Shown piece after piece: positions 1 through 8,396 of a DNA stretch of 64,000 nucleotides. How positions within the stretch are numbered: position 1 is the stretch's first letter; every line of letters begins with the position of its first letter. The stretch is from a virus. Where the stretch lies: positions 1 through 64,000 of the IMG/VR virus record IMGVR_UViG_3300031251_000004, one strand, 5' to 3'. The notes beneath the pieces were generated by a model, which saw only the letters and a program-made list of their open reading frames with translations, made no database searches and was not told the origin of the DNA. A program made the position numbers and the translations under genes.

Positions 1-189
1 TATGCGAGCATGCGCGCTTCCACACGCAACCTGCTTACTTCCAACGCTTCCAACGTTGTTTGACCCGTTGTCATGACAAGCGCTTTCATCGGCTCACCAT
101 GTAGTAAACAAGAAACATCCAACCACACCACGCTAATACATGTGGGGTAATGTATGCAATCTTAGACATTGCAGTCTCCTTTGCTGAAT

Positions 190-237
190 TATCCAACAAT
201 ATCCTACACATATGACTGTATAGGATATTAGCAGATA
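190..237 (-). repeat. Intergenic RNA hairpin copy 1 (UCUGCUAAU...AUUGUYGG family)
   Basis: Minus strand TATCTGCTAATATCCTATAC-AGTCATAT-GTGTAGGATATTGTTGGATA, lying between the stop of 247..750 and the next RBS. Confidence 0.75.
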
Positions 238-246
238 CGTCAGTTA

Positions 247-750
247 TTAGTAGCCTAATGCACGAGCCCAGCGACTAACACCCACCATGTCGGTTCCGAA
301 GAACTTTTTAGCGATTGACTCGGCAAAGGTATTCAATTCCTTTTTCCACGGATCCGTACCAAGTGCGATATCTGCCATAACTGGCATACACTGGTCGCCT
401 GCTTTCCGACGACCGTGGAAACATGCAAGCCTATGCACGTATGTAGCACGACGTAGGTTCCTATCGTTGCTCTGAAAGGCTTTCGTACTTGTCATCGTTG
501 ACCGCATACGGTACTTATCGCCCTTACCAGTAGTCATAAGTGATGTAATCGCCTCGTAGTCAGGCTCAGCGAAGAAGCCTTCGCCCTTACAGCCATTGCA
601 GACTTCCCACTTGTCGGGATATGTAGTCCCTTCGTATGTGAATCCCGCACGGAAGTTCTTTTTCTCACCTTTGCACCGAGTGCAAGGACGAGGCTCAGCA
701 TGTATGCTGATGTCTGGAACCATTCCTTCTTCTTCGTCGTAATCGTACAT
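247..750 (-). CDS. Hypothetical protein with DnaJ-type Zn finger
   Basis: CTRCKGE...CNGCKGEG motifs; GGAGG RBS upstream. Confidence 0.75.
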   Translation of the reverse strand: MYDYDEEEGMVPDISIHAEPRPCTRCKGEKKNFRAGFTYEGTTYPDKWEVCNGCKGEGFFAEPDYEAITSLMTTGKGDKYRMRSTMTSTKAFQSNDRNLRRATYVHRLACFHGRRKAGDQCMPVMADIALGTDPWKKELNTFAESIAKKFFGTDMVGVSRWARALGY

Positions 751-765
751 GTGTGTTTCCTCCGC

Positions 766-957
766 TTATCGCTTGACTTTGCGTAGTTGTCTACGAACCA
801 GAGCACATACCACATCTTGTAGGCTAAGCCACATCATGTAGTTAGTTTCGTTCGGATTCTTCTTATACGCTTGCATACAACTATTAGCATGTTCGCGCAT
901 GATATGAATGATGTTATCTTGCATTACAGGATCCATATTCCAAGTTTCGTCGCACAC
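766..957 (-). CDS. Small hypothetical protein
   Basis: Packed in the minus-strand operon; start uncertain. Confidence 0.55.
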   Translation of the reverse strand: MCDETWNMDPVMQDNIIHIMREHANSCMQAYKKNPNETNYMMWLSLQDVVCALVRRQLRKVKR

Positions 958-1112
958 TTGACCACTTCATCGCCGAATGCAAGAATAGCATCGTTCAACT
1001 TATCGCCGACGACAATGTGTGCGTATTCAAGCACGGCATCCGATGAAAGGAAAAGACTTCCGTTGTCGGATACAACGCATTGTGCTAGTAGATATGCGCT
1101 AATGGGGTTCAT
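924..1112 (-). CDS. Small hypothetical protein (start MNPISAY)
   Basis: AGGAGG RBS before ATG at 1112; the longer ORF start overlaps the upstream gene. Confidence 0.6.
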   Translation of the reverse strand: MNPISAYLLAQCVVSDNGSLFLSSDAVLEYAHIVVGDKLNDAILAFGDEVVKCATKLGIWIL

Positions 1113-1129
1113 TGTCTTACCTCCTGAAT

Positions 1130-1174
1130 TGTCCAACAATATCCCACACTTGTCATATGGGATATTAGCAGACA
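1130..1174 (-). repeat. Intergenic RNA hairpin copy 2
   Basis: TGTCTGCTAATATCCCATAT-GACAA-GTGTGGGATATTGTTGGACA between a stop codon and an AGGAGG RBS. Confidence 0.75.
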
Positions 1175-1176
1175 TG

Positions 1177-1506
1177 TCAGCCAGTTGGAATGATTGTATT
1201 GCGATCGTTCTCATATCGCGTATACTCGTACTTCGGCTCACGAAGTATACTTTGCACCTTGCCGTCCCCCTCGTAGCATTCCACGCATGTATCCGGGCGA
1301 CGATCTTCTTTGGGAGAACACATGATAGAGAACTCCACATGGCATTCCATACATGTATGCTTGTAGAGCTGAGGTGTCATGTAGGTGTCGAGCACAATGT
1401 CTGCAAGTTTGCGCAGATCGTCCCGCAATGTAAGCAGATCGACCGCCTGTGAGTCCATGAGGGCAGCGACATACCTTTTGAGTGCAATTCGTTTACCAAT
1501 ATCCAT
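1177..1506 (-). CDS. Hypothetical protein with CxxC...CxxC zinc ribbon
   Basis: CMEC...CVEC; AGGAGG before ATG (MDIGKR) at 1506. Confidence 0.65.
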   Translation of the reverse strand: MDIGKRIALKRYVAALMDSQAVDLLTLRDDLRKLADIVLDTYMTPQLYKHTCMECHVEFSIMCSPKEDRRPDTCVECYEGDGKVQSILREPKYEYTRYENDRNTIIPTG

Positions 1507-1613
1507 TGTCGTATACCTCCTCACAACCCCATATGATTACTCACATGAGGCTGTATGTAGGATATGACACTTTCTCTGGGGGCGATCAATACTTTTCCCC
1601 CTAATAAGACCAC

Positions 1614-2063
1614 TTATCGGTTAAGGCAGGACGTATCCACACAAGGGTTAGGATCGTGCGACTTGCGGTTGAACCTTCCTGCTTTGACTTCACCCTCCCA
1701 CTGTTCCCACCAATCTCCCCCATCCGATGACAGCTTGTCCACATTGACCCACCGAGAATCCCTGCCTGCGGCATGTAGTTCCTGTAGACCTACCAGAGCA
1801 CCATTCTCCACAAAGAGACAGAAGGTGCGATTGCTCTCACAATCCGTGACGACGTGTTCCATTGTCTTACTTTTCAGGGTGTTGACACTCAATTCTTTTC
1901 GCACCTTATCCCGTAAGGTATTCAAGTTAGCAATGCCCTTTTTCATTGTGGCAATCAGTTTAGTAGCGCCGGAATCTTTGATTGTTTCCAGCGTTTCGTT
2001 AGCTTCCACAATACGTTGCATAAGCGCACCTTGTAGGATAAAGAGTTCTTGACGAGTAAACAT
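1614..2063 (-). CDS. Hypothetical protein
   Basis: 149 aa ORF with AAGGA RBS. Confidence 0.65.
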   Translation of the reverse strand: MFTRQELFILQGALMQRIVEANETLETIKDSGATKLIATMKKGIANLNTLRDKVRKELSVNTLKSKTMEHVVTDCESNRTFCLFVENGALVGLQELHAAGRDSRWVNVDKLSSDGGDWWEQWEGEVKAGRFNRKSHDPNPCVDTSCLNR

Positions 2064-2088
2064 GCCGTTGTCCTTTCATTGTATGAAA

Positions 2089-2138
2089 AACCCCAACAAT
2101 ATCCCATACCTATGACAGTGTGGGATATTAGCAGAGCC
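2089..2138 (-). repeat. Intergenic RNA hairpin copy 3
   Basis: CTCTGCTAATATCCCACAC-TGTCATAG-GTATGGGATATTGTTGGGG between genes. Confidence 0.75.
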
Positions 2139-2155
2139 GTTCTTACTTGTGTGGC

Positions 2156-2695
2156 TTAGACAGACAGTGGGATGGCAATGTGCGACACGTTCTTCTGTTT
2201 CGCGATGCTTCGCCCATCGATCTTCAAGCCAAGATCGTGCAGTTTTTTGACCATGACACTCGGGTTAGACGTGCCAAGGATGCCTTGCAACGCTTCCACT
2301 GGCACCTTTGCCGTAGCATCGAACGCGCCCAAACGAGCCTTCAAGCTCGCACTAAGAGCATCGTACTCTGCCTTTTCCGCACGCGCCGTTGCCATGTAGG
2401 TTTCGAGCACCTTGCTGAGTGCATGTCGCACCTTCTGCTCGGCTTCGTTCTTCGCGCGTTGCTGTACCGTTGCAAGTGCGTTGATTGCCCGCACACACAC
2501 GGAGCCGATCTGGTCGAATGTAAGCGTCTCGAAGCTCGTCGGCAGATGCTCACCCTTGCCGGCATCCCAGCACAAGGTGTGCAAGGTGCGCAGGCATTCG
2601 GTGATGGTAGCAATCTGCTCACCGTTCAGCACCTTTGCCGTCTTGGTGGTCTCTTGTGCGACAGCGGCGACAGTTGCGGTATTGATGGTATCCAT
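2156..2695 (-). CDS. Hypothetical alpha-helical protein (start MDTINT)
   Basis: AGGAG RBS before ATG at 2695; Ala-rich, coiled-coil-like. Confidence 0.7.
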   Translation of the reverse strand: MDTINTATVAAVAQETTKTAKVLNGEQIATITECLRTLHTLCWDAGKGEHLPTSFETLTFDQIGSVCVRAINALATVQQRAKNEAEQKVRHALSKVLETYMATARAEKAEYDALSASLKARLGAFDATAKVPVEALQGILGTSNPSVMVKKLHDLGLKIDGRSIAKQKNVSHIAIPLSV

Positions 2696-2739
2696 GTGGG
2701 TGTATCTCCTATGTTGTGTTGTTTGACCTTCGAGCTTAT

Positions 2740-2787
2740 TGCCCGACAATGTATGCAAGACTATGATCTTACACACATTAGCAGACA
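2740..2787 (-). repeat. Intergenic RNA hairpin copy 4 (covaried inner stem)
   Basis: TGTCTGCTAATGTGTGTAAGA-TCATAG-TCTTGCATACATTGTCGGGCA. Confidence 0.7.
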
Positions 2788-2795
2788 CTCAAGCC

Positions 2796-2984
2796 TTACA
2801 GGATGAAGCTCTTTTCAGTGTATTCTTTCGTCTTAGCTCGTTTCCCGCTAAGTCTCTTGGTAGCCTTGCCGCTCATTCCTACCCTATGCGTCATATGGTA
2901 GCGAATGTCCCGTATCTGCTTACTTGTGAGTGCCTTGCAGACTTCGCAAAGGCAATTGCTTGATTGTAGAATTAGACACTTCAT
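2796..2984 (-). CDS. Small basic protein with CxCxxC
   Basis: 62 aa; ATG directly follows the upstream TGA. Confidence 0.5.
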   Translation of the reverse strand: MKCLILQSSNCLCEVCKALTSKQIRDIRYHMTHRVGMSGKATKRLSGKRAKTKEYTEKSFIL

Positions 2985-3110
2985 TCATCCACCCTTGTGC
3001 AGCCATCGGCTACTTGTAAACGTATGCCGTAGTTTCTTGCTCGGGCGCACACCACCTTTCCAGTGTGCTACATGTGCTCTCTTGAAGGTTAGCCGTTTCT
3101 TCTTTGCCAC
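2985..3110 (-). CDS. Small basic protein (41 aa, MAKKKRLTFKRAHVAHWKGG...), not in ORF track
   Basis: GGAG RBS, GTG start; its TGA abuts the ATG of the next gene. Confidence 0.45.
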   Translation of the reverse strand: MAKKKRLTFKRAHVAHWKGGVRPSKKLRHTFTSSRWLHKGG

Positions 3111-3119
3111 CTTGGCTCC

Positions 3120-3820
3120 GATCTCTTCAGTGTGCGCCTAACGCACATACCGCCCTAACAGTGTTAGGAGCGGTTTCGATCTTGCCGACGTTGTTAGCGT
3201 CTAGCCGGTATAGGCTACTTGTGATAGCCGTATGGTATAGTATTAGATTGTGGTATTATCTGCTTTCTTTGCACTCGCGCCTAGCGTTTCTTACTTCCCT
3301 ATCTCGTCGCGCTTTGGCTTACACTATCACTTTCCGCTATCAGAGCCGATAATGTAGTCTAGTTGCTTCCCTTGGGAATACAACGACAACATTGTGGCAT
3401 AAGCGGGGACCATGTAAGACAATCGCCGAACCGTAGAATAAACCTTCTAGGTGCGATATGTCGTATCGTTAGAATAGAGACTGTCTACTAGGTACACTTC
3501 CGATATTAGCGACTTTGCCTTACCTATCTTACCTACAGCGACTAGACCTTACAAGGTCATACCCCAAGGGGTATTGGTCGGCACTGTAGCGGGATAAGGC
3601 TTTCAGACTGCTTGCCAGTCTTCGCCCTGCTAAAACGGGTATTCCGTCGTATGCTCTACCTTAGGCGACATGTGGCAGACCCACACCGTTCTAAGGTTTC
3701 TAACGCTAGTGTAGGAGCTACCTACTTGTTCCGTTTCCCCGCTAGCTACTGCGGGGTGCTATCTAGAGAGAACGGCGGGCTTTGGAATTACTTTAGCCTC
3801 GCGGAAGTCTTTTTTTCTTC
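3120..3820. ncRNA. Candidate large structured non-coding RNA
   Basis: Dense nested helices with no convincing ORF; ACTTCCG(3496)/CGGAAGT(3802) closes a ~310-nt domain followed by a T tract. Confidence 0.45.
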
Positions 3821-3851
3821 CTACCGTTCACTCTCGACAATTAGGGTACAT

Positions 3852-3867
3852 TGCAGGAGGGATGCCA
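3852..3867 (-). promoter_or_regulatory. sigma54-like -24/-12 promoter, with IHF-like site at 3883-3895
   Basis: TTGGCAT-CCCTC-CTGCA; TATCATATAGTTA is 1 mismatch from WATCARNNNNTTR. Confidence 0.5.
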
Positions 3868-4253
3868 AGCTTTGGGCAGTGCTAACTATATGATATCATT
3901 AGGGCGCCGCTGGCACGGCTTGCACGCTACGCAACGGTTTGCGGTGTGATGATGTGTGTATTGAATGATCTCATAGAGTTAGGAGACAAGAAAGGTTTGC
4001 GGGGTAGGCTACTTTTTGCAGAGTAAGCAGGGATCGCTACCAGGGCGCCCAGCAACGGCTAGGGAAGCGTTAGGGGTGCCACGGGCAAGGCGAGCTAGCA
4101 GGATGCGTCTGGCGCCATTGTGGCGACTGGAAACGGGCATTGCGCCCAGTGGTGCCAGCACTCGAAGGGGAGCTCTGCAAGGATGTGGGATAATGTAGGG
4201 GGCGGGAGCTCCTCGAAGAAGGTAGTAGTTGCTTGGAGCATAGTGTAGGCGGA

Positions 4254-4269
4254 GGCAAACTGTATGCCA
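4254..4269 (-). promoter_or_regulatory. sigma54-like -24/-12 promoter
   Basis: TTGGCAT-ACAGT-TTGCC. Confidence 0.5.
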
Positions 4270-4293
4270 ATGTTATGGATCGTTTCTTGAATT

Positions 4294-4309
4294 AGCAAAG
4301 ACCATGCCA
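4294..4309 (-). promoter_or_regulatory. sigma54-like -24/-12 promoter
   Basis: TTGGCAT-GGTCT-TTGCT, near consensus TGGCAC-N5-TTGCW. Confidence 0.55.
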
Positions 4310-4629
4310 AGGTGCTAGCATGTTTCTTGCAAGGTTCAGGTGGGAGACTTGAATACAGCAGTCGCTGAACATCCTACATACTGAACGGACAGTAAGTGTT
4401 GAACCTATGATCATATAGGTGGGGTGAGCGGTATTGTATGTGGTATGATGTAGCGCTTCGCTTGAGCGAAGCTTTTAGGCTTCGCTCTAGTATAATAGTT
4501 GAGCGATCAAGTGCCGATCATGCTTAGGTCATGTATAGATCATGCTTAGGTGTAGTATGGATCATTGAGCGGTCAATGTATTACATGTAGGGCGAATAGC
4601 CAGTAGTAAACGTCTCAACTACACTGTCT

Positions 4630-5150
4630 TACCTGAACAGCATGTGGGATGATAGAGGGAGATGTTTGGAATGGTATGGAGGAATTACAGTGGAAACGGG
4701 GGCATAGTTCTTGGGGGTTGTCGGGGATGGTGGGGAGGAGTAGGATAGTTGAATAGGAATAACGATGGGGAAATGTAGGGAGAGGTGGGAGCTGTTCAGG
4801 TGATGTGGTGTAGGGGAGACGGGGAGGGGATGGGAGGAATAATACATTGTGATTGAATGTATTGAAAGATAGGGGAATTGATTACATTGTGGAATAATGT
4901 AAAAGATGTAATATGTTGTAATGAATTGTAGGAAAGGCTGTAGGGTAAGAGGGGGTAATGTAGGGAAACGTCGCGTGATGTGTTGTGGTGTAGGGGGATG
5001 TAGGCGGGCTCCCCCAGCTACTAAAACGTCCCAAAACAATAATCAAAACATAATCAAAACGTATTATACAGCAATCTCAAACGTATTCTATACAATAGTT
5101 AAAACGTGTTCTATACCACTAATACACAATCAAAACATAATAACAACACT
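4630..5150. other. Strand-skew switch with AATCAAAAC/AAACGT repeats (possible origin or genome-end junction)
   Basis: G-rich, C-poor + strand up to ~5010, then A/C-rich with repeated CAAAAC/AAACGT units. Confidence 0.45.
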
Positions 5151-5391
5151 ACATCAACAACATCAACTTATCTAACCGCTCTTCCGTTATCTCCAATGGT
5201 AATAAATAATTCAACACAAAACTTGATTTATACCAATAAATATCATAACAATTATAATCAATAAATGTTCGCTCCTCTGACATATTCCAAGTAATACAAC
5301 TATTATTAAAAATAACTTGATATATATTTTTACCCAATTTACACACACTATTGTTAGGGTTGACTTGTATAAGTCTTTCTAATATATTCAT
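5149..5391 (-). CDS. Small hypothetical protein, C-terminus RLDKLMLLM
   Basis: ATGA-coupled to the upstream gene. Confidence 0.65.
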   Translation of the reverse strand: MNILERLIQVNPNNSVCKLGKNIYQVIFNNSCITWNMSEERTFIDYNCYDIYWYKSSFVLNYLLPLEITEERLDKLMLLM

Positions 5392-5690
5392 CCTATACTC
5401 AACAACTTCTCTATATCAACCTTATACATCTCAAACTGGGTATTCAATAGATCTTCCGCTGCTTCTCTATATAATATATCATCATTCAATAAAAACTGAA
5501 CCATTGCAATCTTGAACTCTTTTATATTATTCGATATAATATAAACAGTTAATTCATACAGCATATGCTCTTGAATATAAGCATATTGTTCATTCTCTAT
5601 TCTATCATAATGTCTATGTGTTGATATTCCAGCTAGATCTAAATCTTTATCCATAAATCCTTTATTATAATGACATAACATTATAAACAA
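5388..5690 (-). CDS. Small hypothetical protein
   Basis: ORF; start uncertain; C-terminus DIEKLLSIG. Confidence 0.55.
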   Translation of the reverse strand: MFIMLCHYNKGFMDKDLDLAGISTHRHYDRIENEQYAYIQEHMLYELTVYIISNNIKEFKIAMVQFLLNDDILYREAAEDLLNTQFEMYKVDIEKLLSIG

Positions 5691-5769
5691 AACATATAAA
5701 AACTTTTATCAATTTCTAATTGGTACCAAAATTACGTTTGGATCTCTATTATTCTTATAAGATATTTCC

Positions 5770-6846
5770 TTATAATCCAACAGCTTTAGAAAACTCTGCC
5801 ACAGCTTTACGATATTTATTAGGGTTAAATTGTTTTAGGATATTGAACATATTACTATGATTTAGCATTTCTGATGCAGATCCGAAAGAATTTGTAATGT
5901 TATCCCATTCAACCTCTCTTTGTTCTTTAGTTTTGAGGGATTTGGTTTTGATATTATGTTTGAAGATTGGTATAAGTTTTTGTTCCATTAGATCGAAGAA
6001 CCGTTGTACTGGAATATGTCTTACCCAAGCAAGCATATAATCTCTATGAAATGAGGCTGGGACTAATGTTTTATATTGATTGAATTGATGAACTGAGTCT
6101 GTGAGATTGGTATAGAACTCTTCATCTGCTAGTACGTGTTCTTTATTAGATATACCAACAGTGGAACTTAGATCTTCATCATATTTTGTATCTCGGATCT
6201 TTTTGGATGGTAATCCTCCCATTTGATTTATCATATATTTTATAAATGACTGCATAAAATGTTGTAGTTCATGTCTCGCTAGACTTTTTACATCTTCAAT
6301 TTTATATTGTAATGTTTCTAACGTTCTCACATATTTGAGACTTTTGTCGACATCTTCTTTAATTACTATCCTACCTATAAGGATCTCATTTTTATCATTT
6401 ATATGGTTTTGGAGTCTTGGTTGCCACAACCCGCGGGAATTCACATTTTCTGCAAAGAACATTTCAGATGACTTATCGTCGTTAGCAAAGATCAATATAA
6501 TTTTGAATACAGAATTTGCTGCAGCTTTTGGAGCATATGGTATATCAGAACCTTTAATTCTAATAGATTTTCTTGATTTATCTTCGGCTGAGATATTGGC
6601 TGATAGTCTTTTACAATATCCATAGCATATTTTTATATCATCAAGCTGATCTTGACTTACTTTTTGACGTTGTTTTTTATTTAAATTTTTATAATTTTGT
6701 AATATAGTTTTATATTTTTCCGCCATAAAGAAACAATACGTGCCAACAGCAAAATCTTCTATCTCTTTGAGAGTATTTTGTGGAACTTGAAGAAGCCCGG
6801 CTTGTTTTTGAAACGCGATTGCTTTATTTAAGAGATCATGATACAT
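5770..6846 (-). CDS. Hypothetical protein with HExxH zincin-like motif
   Basis: ARHELQHFMQ followed by EHVLADEEFY; N-terminal KAIAFQKQA. Confidence 0.7.
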   Translation of the reverse strand: MYHDLLNKAIAFQKQAGLLQVPQNTLKEIEDFAVGTYCFFMAEKYKTILQNYKNLNKKQRQKVSQDQLDDIKICYGYCKRLSANISAEDKSRKSIRIKGSDIPYAPKAAANSVFKIILIFANDDKSSEMFFAENVNSRGLWQPRLQNHINDKNEILIGRIVIKEDVDKSLKYVRTLETLQYKIEDVKSLARHELQHFMQSFIKYMINQMGGLPSKKIRDTKYDEDLSSTVGISNKEHVLADEEFYTNLTDSVHQFNQYKTLVPASFHRDYMLAWVRHIPVQRFFDLMEQKLIPIFKHNIKTKSLKTKEQREVEWDNITNSFGSASEMLNHSNMFNILKQFNPNKYRKAVAEFSKAVGL

Positions 6847-6865
6847 ATAAATAAATGGTAAAATA

Positions 6866-7147
6866 TTACATCAGTAAAAGGGTTATATTATATATATCTA
6901 AAAAATCTGGGAAGTAGTTTATGATTGCTAAATAGCAGTATTCTATTTTATCATTATACTTAGATGAGAGGCATTTTAGAATATAAGTTTTGACTCTATC
7001 ATTATCATAGCAGCGTTCTAGTTCTTGTTTTGAATGTATGATATAGCAAGTTGCAGATGAAGGGTTATTATATAACGCGGTATTTGCGGAGTTCATCCAA
7101 CAGGAATTACATGGTTTTGATGGAAGGAGATCTTTGCAGGTTTTCAT
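6866..7147 (-). CDS. Small Cys-containing hypothetical protein
   Basis: MKTCKD...CNSC; resembles 7817..8083. Confidence 0.6.
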   Translation of the reverse strand: MKTCKDLLPSKPCNSCWMNSANTALYNNPSSATCYIIHSKQELERCYDNDRVKTYILKCLSSKYNDKIEYCYLAIINYFPDFLDIYNITLLLM

Positions 7148-7820
7148 TATTATATTGATTGAATACTTTAATGAATGCAAGACTAATAGTAATGAGGGAT
7201 TTCTTATTAGATTTAGATAGTTTGAATATCTTTGAATGTTCTTTATTTAGGAATACCATACCGGTTGACAGATATGCTTGAGTTTCATCGATGAAAACTT
7301 TTTTTGTATAGCCTTTGATTTTTAGCCAATGATTGATTTGATTTTGAATGTTTGCTGGTATAGTTTTAACAAGCTTTGTCATAATGGTTTTATAGGATTT
7401 ATTTGTATAGAAGAGTCCGTGTGCTATTTCATGATTTAATGTATTTTTATCATTCTTTGATGCGCCGATAATGTAGAAGTTTTGGGAGGATTTTTTACAA
7501 TGCATGTAGATATTGAGCATCTCATAATCATATATATTCCGATCTGGAATGAGATTGTTATGAACATTTGGGATTATATAATCTGGAATATTGAAGCCTG
7601 ACCAATCGGATGTATATGTAAAATTACCATTGCCATATTTCTTTGAATACCAGCGGATGAAAGAAAGAATGGAGAAAGACTTATTGCGGAACTTAGTGGA
7701 TGGAGATTCATAGAACTCTTGATAGCGTAGGAAGTGCATACAGAGATCGTATTGATCTGAGAACTCTAAGTAAAATATATTTGGTTTGATTTCTTTTAGG
7801 GAATATTTTGCGGTTTTCAT
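7107..7820 (-). CDS. Putative HExxH metallopeptidase-like protein
   Basis: TLNHEIAHGLFY and DETQAY. Confidence 0.65.
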   Translation of the reverse strand: MKTAKYSLKEIKPNIFYLEFSDQYDLCMHFLRYQEFYESPSTKFRNKSFSILSFIRWYSKKYGNGNFTYTSDWSGFNIPDYIIPNVHNNLIPDRNIYDYEMLNIYMHCKKSSQNFYIIGASKNDKNTLNHEIAHGLFYTNKSYKTIMTKLVKTIPANIQNQINHWLKIKGYTKKVFIDETQAYLSTGMVFLNKEHSKIFKLSKSNKKSLITISLAFIKVFNQYNNENLQRSPSIKTM

Positions 7821-8083
7821 ATTAGGAGAGATATCTTGTCTAAGTATTCGCTGTATTCTGGTTTATATAGTTTTATTGCTTCTTTTAGATATATAAAATA
7901 ATTGCCTTCGAAGCCTTCTGTTTTTATGGTTGATGCAAGGGATGCTTTTATATTTTCCCAAGATTCGAATTCATTACCCCACCATTCGATCCAGCATATG
8001 GACTGATGTAATTTTACCATTGGATGAGCTGACTTGAACGAACATACATAGCAGAGAGATATATTTAGAGATTTACATAGCAT
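7817..8083 (-). CDS. Small Cys-containing hypothetical protein
   Basis: CYVC; C-terminus YLDKISLLI. Confidence 0.65.
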   Translation of the reverse strand: MLCKSLNISLCYVCSFKSAHPMVKLHQSICWIEWWGNEFESWENIKASLASTIKTEGFEGNYFIYLKEAIKLYKPEYSEYLDKISLLI

Positions 8084-8099
8084 TGTTATATTATGTTAT

Positions 8100-8396
8100 A
8101 TGAGAAAAGTTGTTATTGAGTATGTGAAAAAAGGTTTGAGAAGAATGTGGGGAAAGAGTTTGCAACGTAATGGTGCGTTGAAGAGTGCTAAGGTTGAGAG
8201 GGGGAAGTATCGGTGTGCATGTTGCGGTAAGGTATTTAGGCGGAAGGATATAGAGGTTGATCATAAGGTTGCTGTTGGGAGATTTATTGATTTTGACACA
8301 TATGTAGAAAGACTATTCTGTGATACAAAAGGGCTTCAGGTATTATGCCGATTGTGTCATAAAAACAAAACTAAAAAAGACATAAAATCATTTTAG
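8100..8396 (+). CDS. HNH endonuclease
   Basis: CACC...EVDHK...LQVLCRLCHKNKT; opposite strand to its neighbours. Confidence 0.85.
   Translation: MRKVVIEYVKKGLRRMWGKSLQRNGALKSAKVERGKYRCACCGKVFRRKDIEVDHKVAVGRFIDFDTYVERLFCDTKGLQVLCRLCHKNKTKKDIKSF

Noticed and set aside
190-2787. Intergenic repeats as a CRISPR array or integron attC sites
   Set aside because: The spacers are whole genes rather than 30-40 nt. A GTTRRRY-like end is present but the complementary RYYYAAC box is missing, and no cas or integrase gene is in the window.
871-2806. Plus-strand ORFs 871..1452, 1564..2052 and 2147..2806
   Set aside because: They are antisense shadows of RBS-bearing minus-strand genes.
3120-3820. tRNA, tmRNA, RNase P or group I/II intron identity for the structured tract
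   Set aside because: No cloverleaf/TTCGA-CCA ends, RNase P GAGGAAAGUCC, group I core, or complete group II domain V was recognisable.
4629-5175. ORFs 4629..5039(-) and 4921..5175(+)
   Set aside because: Low-complexity translations of the skewed G-rich and A/C-rich non-coding DNA.
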